DNA of 64,000 nt from the NCBI GenBank assembly GCA_963717365.1, contig OY970327.1, forward strand, positions 720,348 to 784,347. Direction: 5' to 3'. Positions 60,077-64,000 of the stretch are shown one piece after another (within the stretch, counting starts at the first letter, position 1; the number at the start of each line of letters is the position of its first letter). This DNA is from Candidatus Saccharimonadia bacterium (GTDB lineage: Bacteria > Patescibacteriota > Saccharimonadia > Saccharimonadales > 2-12-FULL-41-12). Both the position numbers and the translations under genes were made by a program. Under the pieces are notes generated by a model, which was not told the DNA's origin, ran no database searches, and saw nothing but the letters and a program-made list of their open reading frames with translations.

Positions 60077-60571
60077 ATGTCTGATCCAGAAAAACCCAAA
60101 CAACCCGGCGAGTACGAAATCTTTGAAGATGAGTGGCTGCCACTCCAAGGGGACGGTATCTTATGTACTTCGAGCGTAACAACCTGTATAGCAGTTTCTA
60201 TTTACAGTCCTGCCGAACCTCAGGCTTTTTTGGGTCATTTTAATATTGGCTCAATGGCAGAAGATGGCAGCTTTAATACTATGCTGCAAGCAGCTTCCAG
60301 TAGCCTACCTCACCTGTCAGGCGTACGAATATGGGTTGGCGGTGGCGAATTAATACAGCCAGAGTCGCAAGACTATGGATTTGATGAAGAAGTAATCAAA
60401 ATTGCGAATGATGAAACCCTCGCGTTTCGGCAACAGGTTTTGGATAATCTATCGACCTTTGCTCCACAGGGCTCTGTGTTGCAAGAAACCTGGCTAAATA
60501 AGCCGTCGTTTATAAATTACTCCCTCGAAGTTAGCACGGGCCAAGAAGATATCACAATAATCGAAAACTAA
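60077..60571 (+). CDS. CheD/CNF1-like deamidase-fold protein
   Basis: LCTSSVTTCIAV...LGHF...VGG pattern (Cys-His dyad). Confidence 0.6.
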   Translation: MSDPEKPKQPGEYEIFEDEWLPLQGDGILCTSSVTTCIAVSIYSPAEPQAFLGHFNIGSMAEDGSFNTMLQAASSSLPHLSGVRIWVGGGELIQPESQDYGFDEEVIKIANDETLAFRQQVLDNLSTFAPQGSVLQETWLNKPSFINYSLEVSTGQEDITIIEN

Positions 60572-60670
60572 AACCTGTTTTTCTGGTTTTATCGGTTGAC
60601 ATCTATGCGTTTTTATGCTACTATGTTAATAAGTATTTAAGATTAACACTAAAAATAAAAAGCTAAAAAT

Positions 60671-62779
60671 ATGTCCAGTACTACGTTAGAACGACCACAA
60701 GACGAAGAACAAGCCGAAACAGCGGCTATTCAGGAAAATCAAATTACTGCTGCCGAACTAGCGCAGCGGACTATTGCCGAACGTCTCCGTTCAGATATGA
60801 ATGTGCAGGGCATGTATGACTTACTAGCTCAGCAACCAGATATTCGGGCCGAAGTTGCCGAGGTGCAGGATCGCCGTGACGAACTTAACACCACCGATAT
60901 GCGGGCTTACTCGGCTGAGCTTATTGGGTTATCACTATCCCCTCGCGGCAACGAAATACTTGATTTAACTATCGAACGTAGCGTCGGCGAACGGACCGCA
61001 CGGGTCAAAGAAGCCCTCCGCCAAGGTGAAGTGCATGTCAATGACTTGGTAGTTGGCTCTGGTGTTCATTCATCTATTTACAACTCGGTGCGGGCCGAAG
61101 TCCTTCCTGAGAACCCTGCCCTCACCGTAGAACGCGAAGAACGTATTGGCGGCCAATTTGCTCAGACAGAAGAAGCTGGCTGGCGACTGAACACGCGCAC
61201 CCGTCCAGAGGATCCAGAACTGCCCAACCTTCCCGGTACTGCCGGCAGCTTGAATTCACTCGAAAGCGCCCCGATTCAGCAAGCTGATTTAACCGGTGAC
61301 GCTTACGGCACCCAGAAGTCACTGGCCGATGCCATTCGTGCCAGTCATCTGCTTGTCAGTGAAGTTATCAATAACTGCGAGGTAGTTACAGTACATAAAA
61401 TACAAGGCAAAGACAAAAACACCTATCTTGTACAAATGCACGATACCGAGACAGACGAAAACTATACGCTTAGTACTGACCGAATTATCTTCACAACCGG
61501 TCTCGGAGAATCTAGGACTGGCCTGGAAAATGCCGATGCCGAAACCCAGCAAATTCTTGCTGAAGAGAAAGAAAAACTAGTCCGTGGTGAAGTTCCTCAG
61601 GTCATGACAGGGGATGAATACATGCGGTTTGTCGGTAACGATGCTAACTCGTTCCCTCTCCAGGGGCAAAAGACTGTTGGTGTTGCTGGTCCTGGCGATG
61701 CAGGCGCCACAGTCGCTGAGTTCGATACCGGACATGGCCCTTCAACTAGAAAGTCAGTTAGTCAACTTGACCGCGTAGAAAAGGTCTTTTGGTTTGGTCA
61801 GAAGGCTATGAGCCGTGAGGAATTCCTAAAAACTAGTCGTGAAAGATATTCAGAAATGAGTCTTGAGTTTCCACGAGAAGGCGCAGAGGACTACCCCCAC
61901 CGGATCGAACCCGTGCCCTACCGCGCCATAGGCCTACGACGATACGAAGGACAAATCCAAGTTATTTATGGCGACCGGACTGGAAAAGAAGCTGGGCGAG
62001 CCCCAGTAGACCTACTTGTTCTAGCAACCGGGCTGAAAGATAAACTCGATGAGATTCTTAAGGGAGTCAGTGAAGAGTCTCTAGAGCGTGAACCATTTGC
62101 ATGCGCTGAAAGCGGAGAAAACCCCATTTGTAGAAGAGTCCAAGGCGAAGAGATTTATATAGCAGGGCCATCGGCGCAGCTTGAAGTTAACCAGACTGAA
62201 AAAGACAACTCGCCTGCTCTTTCAAGAATGAAAGTCACTAAAACTCCTGCTATTTGGTCATACGCGGACGATACCGCCATGCTAGCCCGTGAGTTAGCCG
62301 CCCAAGACAAGGCGAGGGGCTTAACCAGTCCGGCGCCAATTTTTGAAAAGCGGACAGCACCGATTAGAGAAATCAGCGCACCGAAGGAAGACACGCCTGA
62401 AGCTCATATTACTATCACTATTGGGAAAGAAACCCACATTCTTCCAACCAGCGCAAACAGCACCGATATGGTTCAGCTGTCGGTTGCCCAGAAGTTTCAG
62501 CGGACGCAGTGGCCTGAAGATCTAGAGTCTCTAAATCTAGAGATTACCCGCACCGAAGATTCCTTTGTGATCGGTTCTAAAGAGGGGCTGCTGTCTGACA
62601 GTGTCTGTAAAGAACTTGTCGCAGAATTATTTGAAGATAAAGTGATGCATGAGGTTACCTACAAACTTACTAATCCTAGGCACAACCGTGGACAGGCCAT
62701 CGATATACGAATCCCTTTACATCAGCGACAAATAAACGTCGGTGGCATTACCATGACGCCAGCACGGCGGGAATCATAA
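60671..62779 (+). CDS. Large FAD/NAD(P)-binding flavoprotein-like protein
   Basis: LVVGSG, EERIGGQF, IFTTG, VAGPGDAG, LVLATG, IYIAG (two-dinucleotide-binding pattern). Confidence 0.65.
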   Translation: MSSTTLERPQDEEQAETAAIQENQITAAELAQRTIAERLRSDMNVQGMYDLLAQQPDIRAEVAEVQDRRDELNTTDMRAYSAELIGLSLSPRGNEILDLTIERSVGERTARVKEALRQGEVHVNDLVVGSGVHSSIYNSVRAEVLPENPALTVEREERIGGQFAQTEEAGWRLNTRTRPEDPELPNLPGTAGSLNSLESAPIQQADLTGDAYGTQKSLADAIRASHLLVSEVINNCEVVTVHKIQGKDKNTYLVQMHDTETDENYTLSTDRIIFTTGLGESRTGLENADAETQQILAEEKEKLVRGEVPQVMTGDEYMRFVGNDANSFPLQGQKTVGVAGPGDAGATVAEFDTGHGPSTRKSVSQLDRVEKVFWFGQKAMSREEFLKTSRERYSEMSLEFPREGAEDYPHRIEPVPYRAIGLRRYEGQIQVIYGDRTGKEAGRAPVDLLVLATGLKDKLDEILKGVSEESLEREPFACAESGENPICRRVQGEEIYIAGPSAQLEVNQTEKDNSPALSRMKVTKTPAIWSYADDTAMLARELAAQDKARGLTSPAPIFEKRTAPIREISAPKEDTPEAHITITIGKETHILPTSANSTDMVQLSVAQKFQRTQWPEDLESLNLEITRTEDSFVIGSKEGLLSDSVCKELVAELFEDKVMHEVTYKLTNPRHNRGQAIDIRIPLHQRQINVGGITMTPARRES

Positions 62780-62791
62780 ACTGGTAATTTT

Positions 62792-63478
62792 ATGAATACT
62801 AGTGACAATACCCTCGACGCGCGTTCAATAACGCTGGCTGAGCGAGCCTACCGATTCAAGGCCAATGTGTCGGCCAACGACGACCGGACTATCTTTGATG
62901 AAGTGGGCGACGAATTAATTAGACTGGAAAACCCTCATCGTTTTTATGACGCACAGACCAAACTGGAAGCTACAAACAAGTGGACTGAAGAAAAGCGTGC
63001 CCTGGCCCACGAGCTTAATGACGCCGATAAAACTTTACGCAGTGAGCCGACCGTTAGCTACGAGGACGCACTAGGCTTGCTTGAACAGTGGATGAACAAG
63101 CACACAGACAACGGACATTCAGACAGCCAAGTGATGCATCAGCAGGCCAAAAAAGCTTTGTTACAGCTTGAACTTACCTCGTCTAGAACTATAAAGAAAC
63201 AATCACTGAATACTCTAATGGACGTTATGGAAGCAGCGCTTAGTCAGACTTCGCGCCAAAGCCCGCCACAAGATAGCCAGCTGCAAGATCATGAAAAAAT
63301 CAATCAAACTGTTTGCCTGTTGCGCCGGACTCGCGATGCCCTGCTGGTTTACCGAATGCTGAATTTCGACAATTTTGACCTGTTGAAGGCTGACGCCGAG
63401 GAAGAGGAAGATTACGACCGCGTTTCAGCCGTACGCCAAAACCTTGCCGGTATATATGCCGAGACCGATGTGAGATAA
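62792..63478 (+). CDS. Hypothetical helical protein
   Basis: 228 aa ORF following the 702-aa gene. Confidence 0.68.
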   Translation: MNTSDNTLDARSITLAERAYRFKANVSANDDRTIFDEVGDELIRLENPHRFYDAQTKLEATNKWTEEKRALAHELNDADKTLRSEPTVSYEDALGLLEQWMNKHTDNGHSDSQVMHQQAKKALLQLELTSSRTIKKQSLNTLMDVMEAALSQTSRQSPPQDSQLQDHEKINQTVCLLRRTRDALLVYRMLNFDNFDLLKADAEEEEDYDRVSAVRQNLAGIYAETDVR

Positions 63479-63514
63479 CCTTTCCCGTCCGGAAGTCTGG
63501 GGAGAAAATTACTA

Positions 63515-64000
63515 TTAGCTTTGCGTAGAAGGCTCAAAGCAGATAGTAGCCAGACCCAAGCTGCTATCGAATTGGTTTTCGAGAATGTGGCGTGTTTCAG
63601 CTTTTGTCATTGCCGGCTTGTAGGATCGCGTGCTTGCTAGAGCATCGAGTTCGTCGGCGAAAGCCATAACTTCTGCTGCTGTCTCAAACTGGCTTGGCCG
63701 TGCGCCATAAGGATCAACTGTTGAATAGGAGTGGTGAGCTTCTACCATTTCAGCCACCGCTTCGTTATTGGTAGACTGTCCGGCATAAGCCCGGATGATT
63801 CCAGCGCTGACCACAACATGGCGCTTTATTACTTTCATTGCTTTCTCGCGGGCTGATCCTTTGTAACGTTCTCGCGATGAGACAACGGATTGAATTTCTA
63901 GGTCCAACCGACCTATGTCATGACATTCTGCCGCGGTGGCAGTAAGTAGTAATTCTTCGCGGGAGAGTCCAAGACGACTCCCTAGGATCACTCCGGCAAT
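63515..64000 (-). CDS. HD-GYP-like phosphohydrolase, C-terminal part (frame open to window end)
   Basis: HDIGR, KRH, AHH, ADELDALASTRSYKPA motifs. Confidence 0.8.
   Translation of the reverse strand: MAGVILGSRLGLSREELLLTATAAECHDIGRLDLEIQSVVSSRERYKGSAREKAMKVIKRHVVVSAGIIRAYAGQSTNNEAVAEMVEAHHSYSTVDPYGARPSQFETAAEVMAFADELDALASTRSYKPAMTKAETRHILENQFDSSLGLATICFEPSTQS

Noticed and set aside
56503-60670. Further att scars in distal spacers (e.g. ~56650-56680, ~59210-59245)
   Set aside because: Only 2-3 residue resemblances with no CCA-anchored register; not distinguishable from chance by eye.

Overview
Bacterial chromosomal window, very probably Patescibacteria/CPR (Saccharibacteria-like). This call rests on the compact gene set, CPR-type VirB4/HerA-like ATPase, wHTH-nucleotidyltransferase and GT2 genes, and many leaderless sigma70 promoters; genetic code 11. 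Core genes: gyrA (partial), gyrB, comM, infC(ATT start)-rpmI-rplT, rpmB, miaA, thrS with T-box, nrdR-like. RNA genes: RNase P RNA, probable 6S RNA, tRNA-Pro(GGG), -Val(GAC), -Thr(CGT), -Asp(GTC). The main discovery is at tRNA-Asp (39500-39576). A ~5.3 kb element (large serine recombinase with one in-frame TAA, OLD-type ATPase-TOPRIM nuclease, sarcosine oxidase, TerS-like protein) is integrated so that the tRNA CCA end is the antisense of a recombinase Trp codon. The recombinase's displaced C-terminus (WRTIAEQVWNYF...) lies at attR. Further, increasingly degenerate copies of this tail (WRAVVEEAWNYF, WRGIEADFRT, WRDIEGV.RT, W*TVMY*.WNFY) punctuate the first part of a ~19 kb downstream array of mostly co-oriented, promoter-bearing orphan genes. 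This suggests an integron-like, tRNA-anchored cassette-accretion system; a weaker second case may lie downstream of tRNA-Pro. Also seen: a dispersed 49-bp palindrome family, two candidate novel ncRNAs flanking a nucleotidyltransferase gene, and an ultrashort-stem-I Thr T-box.
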